A stretch of 64,000 nt of DNA from Longimicrobiales bacterium (GCA_965238005.1 OZ250165.1:3520001-3584000), one strand, 5' to 3'; counted from the stretch's first letter, positions 1 through 10,238 are shown. Numbers and translations are program-made. The notes: generated by a model not told the origin, from the letters alone.

Positions 1-60
1 CCAAATCGCCCGATCCGGGCCGGATTCCAGGCCGTTCGGGCCCCCGGACCCCACGGTTCG

Positions 61-76
61 TGGCACGAGCCTTGCG
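61..76 (+). promoter_or_regulatory. sigma54 (-24/-12) promoter
   Basis: TGGCACGAGCCTTGCG matches TGGCAC-N5-TTGC with exact GG-N10-GC spacing, about 100 bp upstream of the gene at 177. Confidence 0.75.
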
Positions 77-176
77 ATCATTAGGTCCTAAGCTCTCCGA
101 GGGGTGTGCAAGAAAACGGCCTCCGAACGTCCCCTTCCGAGACAGCAGCAAGACGAATCATGACCTGGAGAAAACG

Positions 177-782
177 GTGCGTAAGATCTATCTACTCGGA
201 CTGCTTTACGTTGGCTTGAGCTTGGCGTACCTCATGAGGACCCGGGAGCCTGTGGCCATCCCCGACGATCCTCCCGTCACGGTCACCATCCAGGTCCAGC
301 CCGACGTCGATCCCGTCGTCGATCCCGATGACGCAGTGGCCTGGTTCCACTCCATGAAGGCCTACTGCAACCCGGTGGAGGTGGAGACCCGGCTCACCTG
401 GAGCCCCGCACCTCGATCCGCCGATGGCACCGCGTACGAGGCCGCGTGCCTCGCGCTGGCCGGACGCGTCGACACGGCACGGGAGCTGATTCTCGAGCTG
501 CCCGAGGAGCTACGGTGGCACGCGGCCGGAGTGGTCTTCAACGTCGGACATCCTGTCGCCGATGCCGGGGACGACCTGGCCGCCGGCCCCATCATGGAAC
601 TCGTGGTGGAGTTCTGGCCCAACCACTACATGGCTCTCTATCACGCCGGTGCCGCCCGCTACGAACTGGGCGATCATGGACCCGCCCATGAGTACCTGGT
701 GCGCTTCCTCGAGCACTACGATCCCGACGACGGCTGGCGTCGGAGCGCCCTGAGCATGATCGCGGAGATCGAGGCTCTATGA
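177..782 (+). CDS. membrane-anchored protein with C-terminal TPR-like repeat
   Basis: GTG at 177 after GGAG; N-terminal hydrophobic helix; ALYHAGAARYELGD..A..YL..FL TPR-like motif. Confidence 0.7.
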   Translation: MRKIYLLGLLYVGLSLAYLMRTREPVAIPDDPPVTVTIQVQPDVDPVVDPDDAVAWFHSMKAYCNPVEVETRLTWSPAPRSADGTAYEAACLALAGRVDTARELILELPEELRWHAAGVVFNVGHPVADAGDDLAAGPIMELVVEFWPNHYMALYHAGAARYELGDHGPAHEYLVRFLEHYDPDDGWRRSALSMIAEIEAL

Positions 783-1771
783 AGAAGTTGACGTTTCCGG
801 CAGGCGAGATCGGATCCTGCGTGCTCTGCAACGGCCCCGACCCCCTCGACCTTGCGGTCTGCCTGGATTGCGCGAGTCGCACGGGTGACGGTCTCGTGTT
901 CGTGCGCCAATCCATCCGGAAGGCCGAGCGCGCGAAGGTGGTCGAGCGTCTGCACGGAATCCTGCCTCCGGGGGTCGAGTGGGAGGCGTTCGATCTGGCA
1001 GCCAAGGGCTATTTGCCGCTGGCTTCGGTGCCTCTCACCGCCGCCGAGCAGGTTCTCGGGGCCTTCGCCCACGAGAACGTGCCCGCCCACGTGATTCCGA
1101 AGCACTGGGGAGTGGCTCCAATTCCGCCCGCCCTGGGTCTTCTGCTCGTGTCCATGCTGATAGCGGCCTCCCTGGTAGGTCTCCTTTCGGGTCACCTGTT
1201 CTTCCTCGGGAGCCCCCTCTACGCAGGCCTTCTCTGGATCCTGGCCCAACTCCATCTCCGGAGACCAGCCGCATGCGAGGGTAGGAGCGATCCTTGGCTC
1301 CCCCGCGACGTCGAGGAGCGGTTAGTGACCGCCCTCGTGAGCTTGCCGGTAGGGACCACGCGCACTCTCCTTTCGGATGCCGTCCGCCTCGGACGTCTCC
1401 TGTGGGAGAGAGCGGCGGTGACCGGAGACGTCGACATCGTAAAGGACACATCCCAGCTCCTGGCCCTCGCCGCCGACGCCGCGACGGATCTGGGGCGGGT
1501 CGAAGAGGCCGGCCGGGTGCTGGCGAGCCAGAGGGCCGAAGGCGCGGCGGCCCACGTCACCCGCACCGAGGCCCTGGACGCCATCGAAGTGTCTCGTCAG
1601 CGACTCCACGACCTCCTCCTCGACGCCGTTCGGGCCATGGGCGGCGCCAATCAACGGCTGCCCGAATCCGGAGGCCAGGGTGCCGAGCTGGCTCGCCTGG
1701 CCGACGCCATCGAGACCAGTCGAGTGGCCCAGGTCGGAGCCGTCGCCGAGGTGAAGCAGCTGCTGGCGTAG
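779..1771 (+). CDS. hypothetical membrane protein (N-terminal CxxC..CxxC Zn ribbon, 2 TM, helical C-terminus)
   Basis: ATGA overlap with upstream gene; CVLC...CLDC; hydrophobic hairpin. Confidence 0.7.
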   Translation: MKKLTFPAGEIGSCVLCNGPDPLDLAVCLDCASRTGDGLVFVRQSIRKAERAKVVERLHGILPPGVEWEAFDLAAKGYLPLASVPLTAAEQVLGAFAHENVPAHVIPKHWGVAPIPPALGLLLVSMLIAASLVGLLSGHLFFLGSPLYAGLLWILAQLHLRRPAACEGRSDPWLPRDVEERLVTALVSLPVGTTRTLLSDAVRLGRLLWERAAVTGDVDIVKDTSQLLALAADAATDLGRVEEAGRVLASQRAEGAAAHVTRTEALDAIEVSRQRLHDLLLDAVRAMGGANQRLPESGGQGAELARLADAIETSRVAQVGAVAEVKQLLA

Positions 1772-1990
1772 CCCCCTTACACCCCCGCCTCAGCCTTCCC
1801 GGGGGTGCAGGACTCCTCGATGCCCATCCGGGTTCGCCCTTCGTCGGACCCTGCAGCCCCTCAGATTCTTGCGGCGCCGGATAGCGCACAGCCACTCCAT
1901 GGCAGACTTGGGCCGGCCATCAGTTGACAATCTGGCGCGACCGCCCAACTCCTAGGACCATACGAGTGGGATCTTCGAGAGGAAGAGGGA

Positions 1991-2089
1991 ATGACACGCT
2001 TATCCACGGGCGACCTTCTCACGCGAGAGAACTTCCGCACTTGCTACACGGAGCTGCTCCGGCGTGCCATGGCGTACCGGGGTGGCTGA
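1991..2089 (+). other. 32-aa small ORF or gene remnant coupled to the transporter start
   Basis: GAGGGA RBS then ATG; MTRLSTGDLLTRENFRTCYTELLRRAMAYRGG; stop overlaps the GTG at 2082. Confidence 0.35.
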
Positions 2090-3374
2090 GTCGCCGCGGG
2101 AGGATGGCACGGGGGGGGGACACCCGAACCGCCCGGCAGGTCGCGACGAACCCCGCACGCTCTGGGCCCGCTATCGCGGGCTCTCCCTGGGCTCGAAGAT
2201 CCTGCTCTACATGGTGTTGGGTGGGATCGTGGGCATGGCGTTGGGCGAGCGAGCGGCCGTGGTGCAGCCCCTCGGAACCCTGTTCATCCGGCTGCTGATC
2301 ATGGCGGCCATCCCCCTGGTCTTCTTCAACCTCCTGGCCGGCATCACGAGCCTGGTCGATCTCAAGACGCTGGGGCGGCTGGCTACGAAGATCCTCTCAT
2401 ACTACGTCCTGACGACCATCCTGGCGCTCGTCTTCGGGCTCACGTCCATGCATCTGCTAAGGCCGGGGCTCGGGATGACGCTCACTGAAGAGCCCGATGC
2501 GTCGGTGGGAGCGGTGCCCGGTTTGGCCGACGTGATTCTGGATCTGTTCCCGGAGAACGCGTTCGAGGCCTTTGCCACCGGGAACGTCTCTCAGATCGTG
2601 GTCTTCGCCCTTTTCCTGGGAATCGCCACAGTCCTCCTTCCGGAGGAGCGCCGCGGACCACTGCGCTCGGGATTCAGCCTGCTGGCCGAGCTCCTCAGGA
2701 AGCTGGTAGACGTCATCATGTGGTTCGGGCCCATCGGCATCGGGGCTCTGGCCGCGGCGACGCTGGGCCAGTACGGATCACCGATTTTCGGTCCCCTGGC
2801 CGTCTTTATCGGCGGAATGTGGCTGGCCCATGTGGCCATGGTGGTGGTGTATATGACGCTCCTCACTGTGCTGACGCCCCATTCCCCGGTGGGCTTCCTG
2901 AAGCAGACCGGTACCTTGTGGGCCACGACCATCGCGACGTGCAGCAGCCTGGCCAGTCTCGCTGTGGCCTTCGAAGTGGCGGAAGATCACCTGAAGCTCC
3001 CTCGGCGGATCTACTCGTTCACCTTGCCGTTGGGGGCACAGCTCAACAAGGACGGCACCTCGATCATGCTGGCGGGCGTCCTCCTCTTTACCGCACAGGC
3101 GGCGGGAGTGGAGTTCGATCTCTCCTCGCAGATCAGCATCATCCTCGTCGGGCTGATCCTCTCGGAGGGCTCGGGTGGGATTCCGGCTGGGGGCTTGGTG
3201 ACCGCCCTCATCTTCGTCCAAGCGTTCGGCCTACCGCTGGAGATCGCCGCCATCGTGGCGGGCATCTACCGGCTCATCGACATGGGGAACACGACCGTCA
3301 ACGTCATGGGGGACATGGTGGGAACCGCAATCGTATCTCACTCCGAGCGACATCGTGCAGAGGCGCCGGCATGA
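2082..3374 (+). CDS. dicarboxylate/amino acid:cation symporter (DAACS, GltP-like)
   Basis: TCSSLASL, LPLGAQLNKDG, DMGNTTVNVMGD motifs; multiple TM; start uncertain (2064 or 2082). Confidence 0.92.
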   Translation: MAESPREDGTGGGHPNRPAGRDEPRTLWARYRGLSLGSKILLYMVLGGIVGMALGERAAVVQPLGTLFIRLLIMAAIPLVFFNLLAGITSLVDLKTLGRLATKILSYYVLTTILALVFGLTSMHLLRPGLGMTLTEEPDASVGAVPGLADVILDLFPENAFEAFATGNVSQIVVFALFLGIATVLLPEERRGPLRSGFSLLAELLRKLVDVIMWFGPIGIGALAAATLGQYGSPIFGPLAVFIGGMWLAHVAMVVVYMTLLTVLTPHSPVGFLKQTGTLWATTIATCSSLASLAVAFEVAEDHLKLPRRIYSFTLPLGAQLNKDGTSIMLAGVLLFTAQAAGVEFDLSSQISIILVGLILSEGSGGIPAGGLVTALIFVQAFGLPLEIAAIVAGIYRLIDMGNTTVNVMGDMVGTAIVSHSERHRAEAPA

Positions 3375-4556
3375 GCGACGATCTCTTCGCCGACTTCCGG
3401 TCCAACTTTCCGGGCACTGGGGACGGGGTCTTCACCAACGTGGCCCAGCGGGGGCTCATGCCTGTTCAGGTGCGGGACGCGATCACGGAGTATCTGGACA
3501 GGCGGACCGGACTGGACTGGAGCAAGGAGGAGTCCTTCGACCTCGTGGAGCGCACCCGCGTCACCTTCGCGAAGATGGTGAACGCCCACCCGGACGAGAT
3601 CGCGTTCGCCAAGAACGTCTCGGACGGGCTGAACATGATCGCCGGAGGCATGCGCTGGCAGACCGGAGACAACATGGTCCTGTGCCCCGAGCTCGAGCAT
3701 CCGGCCAACGTGTATCCCTGGTACAACGCGGCCCGACGACATGGTATCGAGGTGCGCGCGGTGCCTCCGGACGCCGGACGGGTGAACCTCGACACGCTCA
3801 TGGCGGCGGTGGATGAGCGCACGCGGCTGGTGTCCGTCTCGACGGTGACCTTCTCGCCCGGATTCGTGACGGACGTCCCTGCCCTGTCGGCGGCGTGCGC
3901 GGAGCGGGGTGTTCGAATCGTCGTGGACGCCGCCCAATCCATCGGCATCCTGCACACGGACGTGGAGCAGCTCGGCATCGACGCCCTCGCCGTGGCCACA
4001 CAGAAAGGACTGCTCTCGTGCTACGGGATGGGCTTTCTCTACTGCCGAAGGAAGTTCGCCGAAGAGCTGGAGCCCGCCGCCCTGGCCCGCTTCAGCGTGA
4101 CCTTCGACGAGGGCGCCCACGAAACAGCTCTCACGGGGGAGAACTTCACGTACGCCCTGGCTGCTAGGCGCTTCGACGGAGGCAACTACAACTACCTGGG
4201 GATCGCGGCGGTGAAAGCGGCCCTGGACCTGCTGAACCAGCTCGGCACCCCGGCCATCGATACGTATGTTCGCGAACTAGGTATACGTATGGCCGAGGGA
4301 TTCCTGGAGGTGGGGCTGCCCGTCTGCGGAGGGTCACCCGGGCCCCATCTCGGCAACATCGTAGCCCTGGGCGAGATTGGGGGGGGGCCGGCACTACACG
4401 GCGGACGACCCGGCCCTGAACACTCTTCACGACGTGCTGACGCGTGAGGGGGTCCACCTCTCCATCCGGAAGGGCGTGCTGCGGTTCTCCCTCCACGCAT
4501 ACAACAACGAGGAGGACGTCGACCGGATCCTGGAGATCGCGAGGATGGGGGGGTAG
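3371..4556 (+). CDS. class V PLP aminotransferase / cysteine desulfurase-like, frameshifted at G9 run 4379-4387
   Basis: EHPAN, VDAAQS, ATQKGLL; removing one G restores C-terminus ...GVLRFSLHAYNNEEDVDRIL, stop at 4554-4556. Confidence 0.85.
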
Positions 4557-4562
4557 GAGGAG

Positions 4563-5020
4563 CTACCTACCGAAGGCCACCTCGAAGCGCTCGATTAGCA
4601 CGATGGCCGCGGCATCTGTGCCGTCCTCTCCCTGATCGCCTGCCGCATTCGTGACGGTGAAGAGCCCGAAGTCTCTCCCCGGTGCCAGCCACAGTCGGGC
4701 GAACCACCTCCCGTTGCTCCCGTTGTGAGTCAGGGCCCCACCACCAATCCATGACTGTTCCACCAGGGCCCAACCCTGGGCGTACGCAGTGCCCGGAGCA
4801 GCTGTATCTGGCGCACCATCACGCCGGCGAGAGCCGGCAAACCGTGCGCCTCCCGCACGAACTCCAGAGCTTCGGCCAGTGTGCCGTCGCCGGCTCGTCC
4901 CGAATCGTCGGGAACGACAGGGTCACTTCCGCACGCCAGAAGGAGGGCACAGAGGAGGAGCGCCAGGAGGCGAGCCGGCCTTGGCAGCGTTGCTATTCCT
5001 CGTCGTCGCGCCTGACCCAC
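4563..5020 (-). pseudogene. serine hydrolase (beta-lactamase family) lipoprotein with large internal deletion
   Basis: lipobox LLAC and HGLPALAGVMV joined out of frame near 4810 to the C-terminal YAQGW...LTHNGSNG..W...TN; SxxK core missing. Confidence 0.75.
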
Positions 5021-5097
5021 GCCTAACGGCGCGGGTACCCCGGATCCGGCGCCTCGGCACTCTCGGTGGCTCGCGAACTTCTGTAACACCACACTAG

Positions 5098-6698
5098 GAG
5101 TCTGCGCCGCAGAACCCTGCGGCGGCTATCTTTGGTGGTAGCGAAGGCATTGGGAAGGCTTGCGGATCACCGAGGGGGGTGAATGGGAACGACATTTCGA
5201 CCGTACGATCCGGAGCAGATGTTGTTGCTGCCTCCGGATCTTCGGGAGTGGGTGTCGGAGGGTCATTTGGCGCACCATGTGAGCGACCTGGTGGACGCGG
5301 TGGAGCTGAGCGCGTTCTACGGGCGGTACCGGGGGGACGGGCGGCGCAACTCGCCGTACGACCCTCGGATGATGGTCAAGGTGCTGATCTACGCGTATGC
5401 GACGGGCACCTTCTCGTCGCGGAAGATGGCGAGGAAGCTGGAGGAGGATGTCGCGTTTCGGATGCTGGCGGCGGAGAACTTCCCGAAGCACCGGACGCTG
5501 TGCGAGTTCCGCAAGCGCCATCTCGGGGATTTCCGGGCGGTGTTTGTGGAGGTGGTGATGCTCGCGCGGGCCTTGGGGCTGGCGGGGCTTGGCAGGGTGT
5601 CGGTGGACGGGACGAAGGTTCGGGCGAACGCGAACAAGCGCAAGGCGATGAGCTACGGCCGGATGGTGACCGGGGAGCCTCGGCTGGAGGCGGAGATCCG
5701 GGGGCTGTTGGAGAGGGCCGAGGCGGTGGACGAAGCGGAAGACGAGCGCTACGGCGAGGAAGCATGCGGAGACGAGGTGCCGGAGGAGCTCAAGCGGCGC
5801 GAGGACCGGCTGGCGGCGATCCGGGAGGCGAAGGCGCGCCTGGAAGCCGAGCAGAGAGCGGCGGACGACGCACGGGGCCGCAAGCCGGGGCAGACGCGCA
5901 ACCCGAAGGGCGGCAGGCCCTACAAGCGGGAGTACGGAGAGCCGGACGAGGCGGCGCAGAGCAACTTCACGGACCCTGAGAGCCGGATCATGAAGACGAG
6001 TTCGGAGGGGTTCCAGCAGTGCTACAACGCACAGACGGTCGTGGAGGGGGAGAACCAGCTGGTGGTCGGGGCCGAGGTGACGGACAACGCGAGCGACCAG
6101 GGCCAGCTGGTGCCCATGGTCGACGCGGTGGCGCAAGCGTACGGCGAGACGCCGGCGCAGGTGCTGGCGGACACGGGCTATTGCAACGAGCGGGATCTCG
6201 AGGAACTGGAAGAGCGAGACATCGACGGGTATGTGGCGCTGGCCCGGGAGGGCAAGGCCGCCCCCACGGTTGACAAGGAGGAATATCCGGCGAAAGTCCG
6301 CATGGCGGAGAAGCTGGCGAGCGAAGATGGCCGCAGACGCTACGCACGGCGAAAGTCGCAGGCCGAGGCGCCCATCGGCTGGATCAAGGAAGTGATGGGC
6401 TTTCGACGATTCAGCTTCCGGGGCCTCGAGAAGGTCCGGGCCGAGTGGACCCTCGTGTGCCTGGCACTCAATGTGAAGCGGCTGCACACCCTTCAGGCGG
6501 CATGACTGCACGAGGGTTCACCCGCATCTGCCGGCGCGAGGGCTCTCGTAGCTCTCTTGCCCCCCCAACGCATCCATTCCGCTCTCCCGATCCGTCGCAG
6601 ACACAAGTCCTCAACCTCCCAATCACCCGGATCCGCCTCGCCGCGGACGGCTCGATGACCATTCGGCTCAGTCAGCTGTGCTTCTGCGGCGCAGACTC
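5098..6698 (+). mobile_element. IS1182-family insertion sequence, 1601 bp
   Basis: perfect 17-bp IRs GAGTCTGCGCCGCAGAA (5098-5114 and 6682-6698) flanked by CTAG at 5094-5097 and 6699-6702. Confidence 0.92.
5183..6505 (+). CDS. IS1182-family DDE transposase
   Basis: QMLLLPPDLREW, PYDPRMMVKVLIYAY..G..SSR, VDGTKV.ANA, NFTDPESRIM, YNAQ, LADTGY, FRRFSFRGL. Confidence 0.95.
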   Translation: MGTTFRPYDPEQMLLLPPDLREWVSEGHLAHHVSDLVDAVELSAFYGRYRGDGRRNSPYDPRMMVKVLIYAYATGTFSSRKMARKLEEDVAFRMLAAENFPKHRTLCEFRKRHLGDFRAVFVEVVMLARALGLAGLGRVSVDGTKVRANANKRKAMSYGRMVTGEPRLEAEIRGLLERAEAVDEAEDERYGEEACGDEVPEELKRREDRLAAIREAKARLEAEQRAADDARGRKPGQTRNPKGGRPYKREYGEPDEAAQSNFTDPESRIMKTSSEGFQQCYNAQTVVEGENQLVVGAEVTDNASDQGQLVPMVDAVAQAYGETPAQVLADTGYCNERDLEELEERDIDGYVALAREGKAAPTVDKEEYPAKVRMAEKLASEDGRRRYARRKSQAEAPIGWIKEVMGFRRFSFRGLEKVRAEWTLVCLALNVKRLHTLQAA

Positions 6699-8021
6699 CT
6701 AGCTGGCGTTCTCGATCTCGTGGGCGACGCGCTGGACTTCGTCCAGCACTCTGAGGATGTTGCCGCTCCAGAGCATGCCGATCTCCTCTTCCGTGTATCC
6801 TCTCCGGACCAGCTCGAGGGTCACGTTGAAGGTCTCCGCGGCAGAGTTCCAACCGGTGACCCCGCCGCCTCCGTCGAAGTCCGAGCTGATCCCCACATGC
6901 TCCAGGCCGATGAGCTCCACCAGGTAGTCGATGTGGTTGACGAAGTCCGCCACATCCACGGGCGGTGCAACGGCGTTGACCTCGGCCTCTTCTCTGGGGG
7001 TCGCCAGCTCACGAACCTCGGCCATCTTCGCCTCGTAGGCGTCCCTCTCCTCCGGGCTCATCCCTCGGCGCGCGCCCCGATCGAGGAGCTCGAAGCCCAG
7101 CCCTTCCGCGAGCTCGGCGTAGAGCGCGTCCTGCGCCTCGCGATGCGCGGCGTTCTTCTCCGGGTTGACGTAGCTGCGGAAAGCGACGGTCTGCACCACC
7201 CCGCCATTCTCTTTCAGCGCCAAGAGCTGCTCGTCGTCCAGGTTGCGGCTGACGTCACCGAGAGCCCGGGCAGCGGAGTGGGAAGCCATGACGGGGGCCC
7301 GGGACAGCTCGAGCATCTCCATGATGGCCGGCTTGGACGGGTGTGAGATATCGATCATGATGCCCCACCTGTTCATCTCCGCCACGGCCTGGCGACCGAG
7401 GTTACTCAGCCCGTTGTACAGCCAAACGCCGTCTCTCTCACCCGTGTTGGAGTCGGAGAACTGGCTGTGCCCATTGTGGGCCAGGGACATGTAGCGGCCA
7501 CCAAGCTCCTGGAACTTCCGGATGTTGTCGAGCTCCAGGCCGACCTGATACGCGTTCTCGATGGCTATCATGGCTACCTTCTTGCCGGAAGCCGCAATTC
7601 TCCGGACGTCGTCCGAGGTATACGCGATCTCGATGCGATCGGGAGCCTTTTCCTCGGCGAGCCAGTGGATGGCATTGAACTTGTCCATCGCCGCCTGGTG
7701 GGCCTGAGCATAACCCTCGTCGGTCAGCGGGCCCTGGCCCACGAACACCACGGGCCATGTCACGTCCAATCCGCCCTCCTCCATCTTGGGGAGGTTGACC
7801 TGCGTGGACAGGTCCATGGTGTAGTTTCGCTCCTCCGTGAAGTTGGCGAGGCTGATGTCGTTATGGGTGTCGAGGGTGATGACGCGGTCGTGGATGCCCC
7901 TGGCCCGCTCGATCAGCTCCGCCTCGGACTCCTGACTCGAGTCGGCCGTACCGCACGATACGAGCGCGAGCATCGAGCAAAGGAGCGCCAGCCTGGGGAG
8001 GTGCCTCTTCGTATTCATCAT
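6699..8021 (-). CDS. membrane dipeptidase (peptidase M19) lipoprotein
   Basis: lipobox LVSC; DTHND, IDISH, ASHS, ISSDFDGG, GNILRV. Confidence 0.92.
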   Translation of the reverse strand: MMNTKRHLPRLALLCSMLALVSCGTADSSQESEAELIERARGIHDRVITLDTHNDISLANFTEERNYTMDLSTQVNLPKMEEGGLDVTWPVVFVGQGPLTDEGYAQAHQAAMDKFNAIHWLAEEKAPDRIEIAYTSDDVRRIAASGKKVAMIAIENAYQVGLELDNIRKFQELGGRYMSLAHNGHSQFSDSNTGERDGVWLYNGLSNLGRQAVAEMNRWGIMIDISHPSKPAIMEMLELSRAPVMASHSAARALGDVSRNLDDEQLLALKENGGVVQTVAFRSYVNPEKNAAHREAQDALYAELAEGLGFELLDRGARRGMSPEERDAYEAKMAEVRELATPREEAEVNAVAPPVDVADFVNHIDYLVELIGLEHVGISSDFDGGGGVTGWNSAAETFNVTLELVRRGYTEEEIGMLWSGNILRVLDEVQRVAHEIENAS

Positions 8022-8179
8022 GGTTCCTGCCGGGTGTGGTCGTGGCGCACACCGGATGGCCCCACTCCCCTGACCGCCCCGTGACGTCGCTGGTACGGCG
8101 AGGAGTGCGTGCCGTGTCGGTTTTTCGAGATGAGATTGTACATGTTGATGATCACGGACGCGAGTCGGCTGGCCTACCC

Positions 8180-8776
8180 TCACACCTCCAGGACATGACC
8201 GTCCGGGCCTGCATTGAGGATGGGCGTGGATCCCAGGGTGGAACGTTGCCCCCAGCAGCCGTGGATGTGACCGCAGACGACCAGGCGGGGCGACACTCGC
8301 TCGATGGTGTCCAGGACCGCGTGGGTCCCGAGATGCGCTCCCCCGGTTTGATCCACGTGTCCGTAAGGCGGTGAATGGCTGACGAGAACGGCGTCCGCAG
8401 GGCAAGGCGCCAGCAGAATGTGCGCCTCTTGTTCGCTCAGATCGAAGCTCCAGGATCCGAAAGGCGTGATGGGGATGCCGGCGCCGATTCCGAAGAACTC
8501 GATGCCGTCGATGGTCACGAGGTCCCCGTGGAGCACGTTTGCCGTCTCCCATCCCCGGCACGCCGCACGGAGCTCGTCGTCGGACTCGCCGTTTCCGGGG
8601 ACCAGAACGGTGGGCCGGTCGATCTCCCTCAAGATGTCCATCACGTCCTCGATGCCCTCCCGCATTACGGCGAAATCCCCCGCTCCGACGACCACATCCA
8701 CGTCTTCGGCGCGGTCGACGATGGAGCGGGCCGCGGCCTTGCCGCGGTGGAGGTCACTGAAGACCAGAAGTCGCAT
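8180..8776 (-). CDS. metallophosphoesterase (calcineurin-like)
   Basis: FSDLH, GAGD, VPGNGE, SHSPP, CGHIH. Confidence 0.9.
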   Translation of the reverse strand: MRLLVFSDLHRGKAAARSIVDRAEDVDVVVGAGDFAVMREGIEDVMDILREIDRPTVLVPGNGESDDELRAACRGWETANVLHGDLVTIDGIEFFGIGAGIPITPFGSWSFDLSEQEAHILLAPCPADAVLVSHSPPYGHVDQTGGAHLGTHAVLDTIERVSPRLVVCGHIHGCWGQRSTLGSTPILNAGPDGHVLEV

Positions 8777-8804
8777 ATCTCTTGCCTTTGTTCGGTGTGC
8801 CTGC

Positions 8805-9300
8805 TCACCCACTGCGCAGGTAGTGATGAAACCAGTGCGCGAACGCCAGAAGAGGCCATGCCAGTTCCGTGCCTCTCGGGCTTTCCAACACGTGGCTCGT
8901 GAGCCTTGCCGGGTCGAACCACGCCTCGATGCCGGCTGGGAGCAAGGCCTCCTTCAACGCCGCGGCCGGCTGGGCCTGAACCCAACGGTGCTTTGGCACG
9001 GTGAAGCCCCGCTTCCGCCGATCTCCAAAGTTCTCACCCATGAGCTGCTCTGGCAGATAGGTCAAGATGCCGCTCAGGCGCGAGACGCAGCCCGGGCCCC
9101 ACCGCTCGTAGGCGGGCGGGAGCACCTCGGTGTCACTTCGCGTGTGGAACCGTCGTCCCTTCCCTTCCAGCTCGACCCGGAGCTCACGGAAGTTGTAGAT
9201 CTCGCCGTCGTAAACGAGGCGATAGCGACCGTCGCTCCCCACTATGGGCTGCTGCCCTCCCTCCAGGTCGATGACCTTGAGGCGCCGGTGGACACGATGA
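8805..9300 (-). pseudogene. asnB: asparagine synthase (glutamine-hydrolysing) remnant with internal deletions
   Basis: HRRLKVID..GGQQP, GEIYNFRELR, SDTEV joined in frame to TYLP and RKRGF..P C-terminal motifs; N-terminal Cys and most of the synthetase domain absent. Confidence 0.8.
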
Positions 9301-9502
9301 CGAGGAACCCGCACATGGACTCTGGAGCTTGAGACGTCTGGAGGAGTTGCCTCAAAACTATCGGACCTGGAGACGCGGTCCAGTTGGAGGCGACCCGTCA
9401 CCCCCGGGCGCCATTCTTCGGAACCCAGACGACCAGTACCTCGACGCGGTCATCCCGGACAGGCCTTCGGGCTCACCGTACGGAAGGGGAGATAGGTCGA
9501 GG

Positions 9503-10171
9503 TCAGCCGTGTGAGGGGCCCAGCGAATCGCCGTACCGGAGCGAGTTGGTCAGACGCCCCAGCTCGAACGCCTCGGACAGCGTGAGCATGAACGTTCCCT
9601 CTCCCCGGTTCGCCACCCATTCCTCTCCCACCTCCTGTGAGGCGAGGAAATGGATGTAGTTGCAGAAGCTGGAGATGACGCGGTTACCCTCGACGTCGCA
9701 GCTCTCGGGCTCCAGGAGCGACATGACGGTCTCTGCGGGTGAGACTTCCTCTACCCCTTCCGGACCAATTCTCAGGCGGATTTCTTCTCCCGTGGCTGGA
9801 CACGTCGAGACCACGTCGGCGGTCTTTCGCAGGATCCCCGGCAGGAAGAGCGCGTCCCAGGCGCACCAGGTGTATAGCTGTCGGTCTCCCAACCGGAACC
9901 GGTGAGGCATTTCGGAAATCGCCAGACCCCAGAACCCGATGAAGTCGCCGTCTTCGTTCCGATAGACGCCGGGCCAGTCACGGGTGAGGTCCTGGACTTC
10001 GTCGGAGGTCATGTCCAATTCGCGCCCCACATCTGAGTCGCTCACGGGAACGCCGTTCGCCAGGAGTCGATGAATGACGAGGGCCGCTCTCGTCTCGGTG
10101 GTGCTGAGGGCGCCGAAGCGACTGTGTATCCTCTCGGCTAGGCCCCGTAGATCGATGGTCGTTGTGCTGAT
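9503..10171 (-). CDS. merB: organomercurial (alkylmercury) lyase
   Basis: GL....PHRF, LYTWCAWDALF, STCPATGEEIRL, FCNYIHF; GGGAGA RBS precedes an ATC at 10171, so the start is uncertain. Confidence 0.85.
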   Translation of the reverse strand: MSTTTIDLRGLAERIHSRFGALSTTETRAALVIHRLLANGVPVSDSDVGRELDMTSDEVQDLTRDWPGVYRNEDGDFIGFWGLAISEMPHRFRLGDRQLYTWCAWDALFLPGILRKTADVVSTCPATGEEIRLRIGPEGVEEVSPAETVMSLLEPESCDVEGNRVISSFCNYIHFLASQEVGEEWVANRGEGTFMLTLSEAFELGRLTNSLRYGDSLGPSHG

Positions 10172-10238
10172 GTGGCTTCTCCCTTGCTCTCCAGCCTCCG
10201 TCGATGCCGAGGCACCGATGATGATCGATTGGTTGATG

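Noticed and set aside
2720..3370. Apparent 575-aa ORF extending the aminotransferase upstream
   Set aside because: The extension is an alternate frame of the transporter; the real start is the ATG at 3371
4261..4290. TACGTAT pair resembling the 54-bp element
   Set aside because: Inside coding sequence with no flanking similarity; probably chance
5126..6511. 461-aa antisense ORF over the transposase, and many other long shadow ORFs (e.g. 17644, 22655, 37112)
   Set aside because: Expected stop-poor antisense frames in GC-rich DNA; no motifs; they overlap well-supported genes
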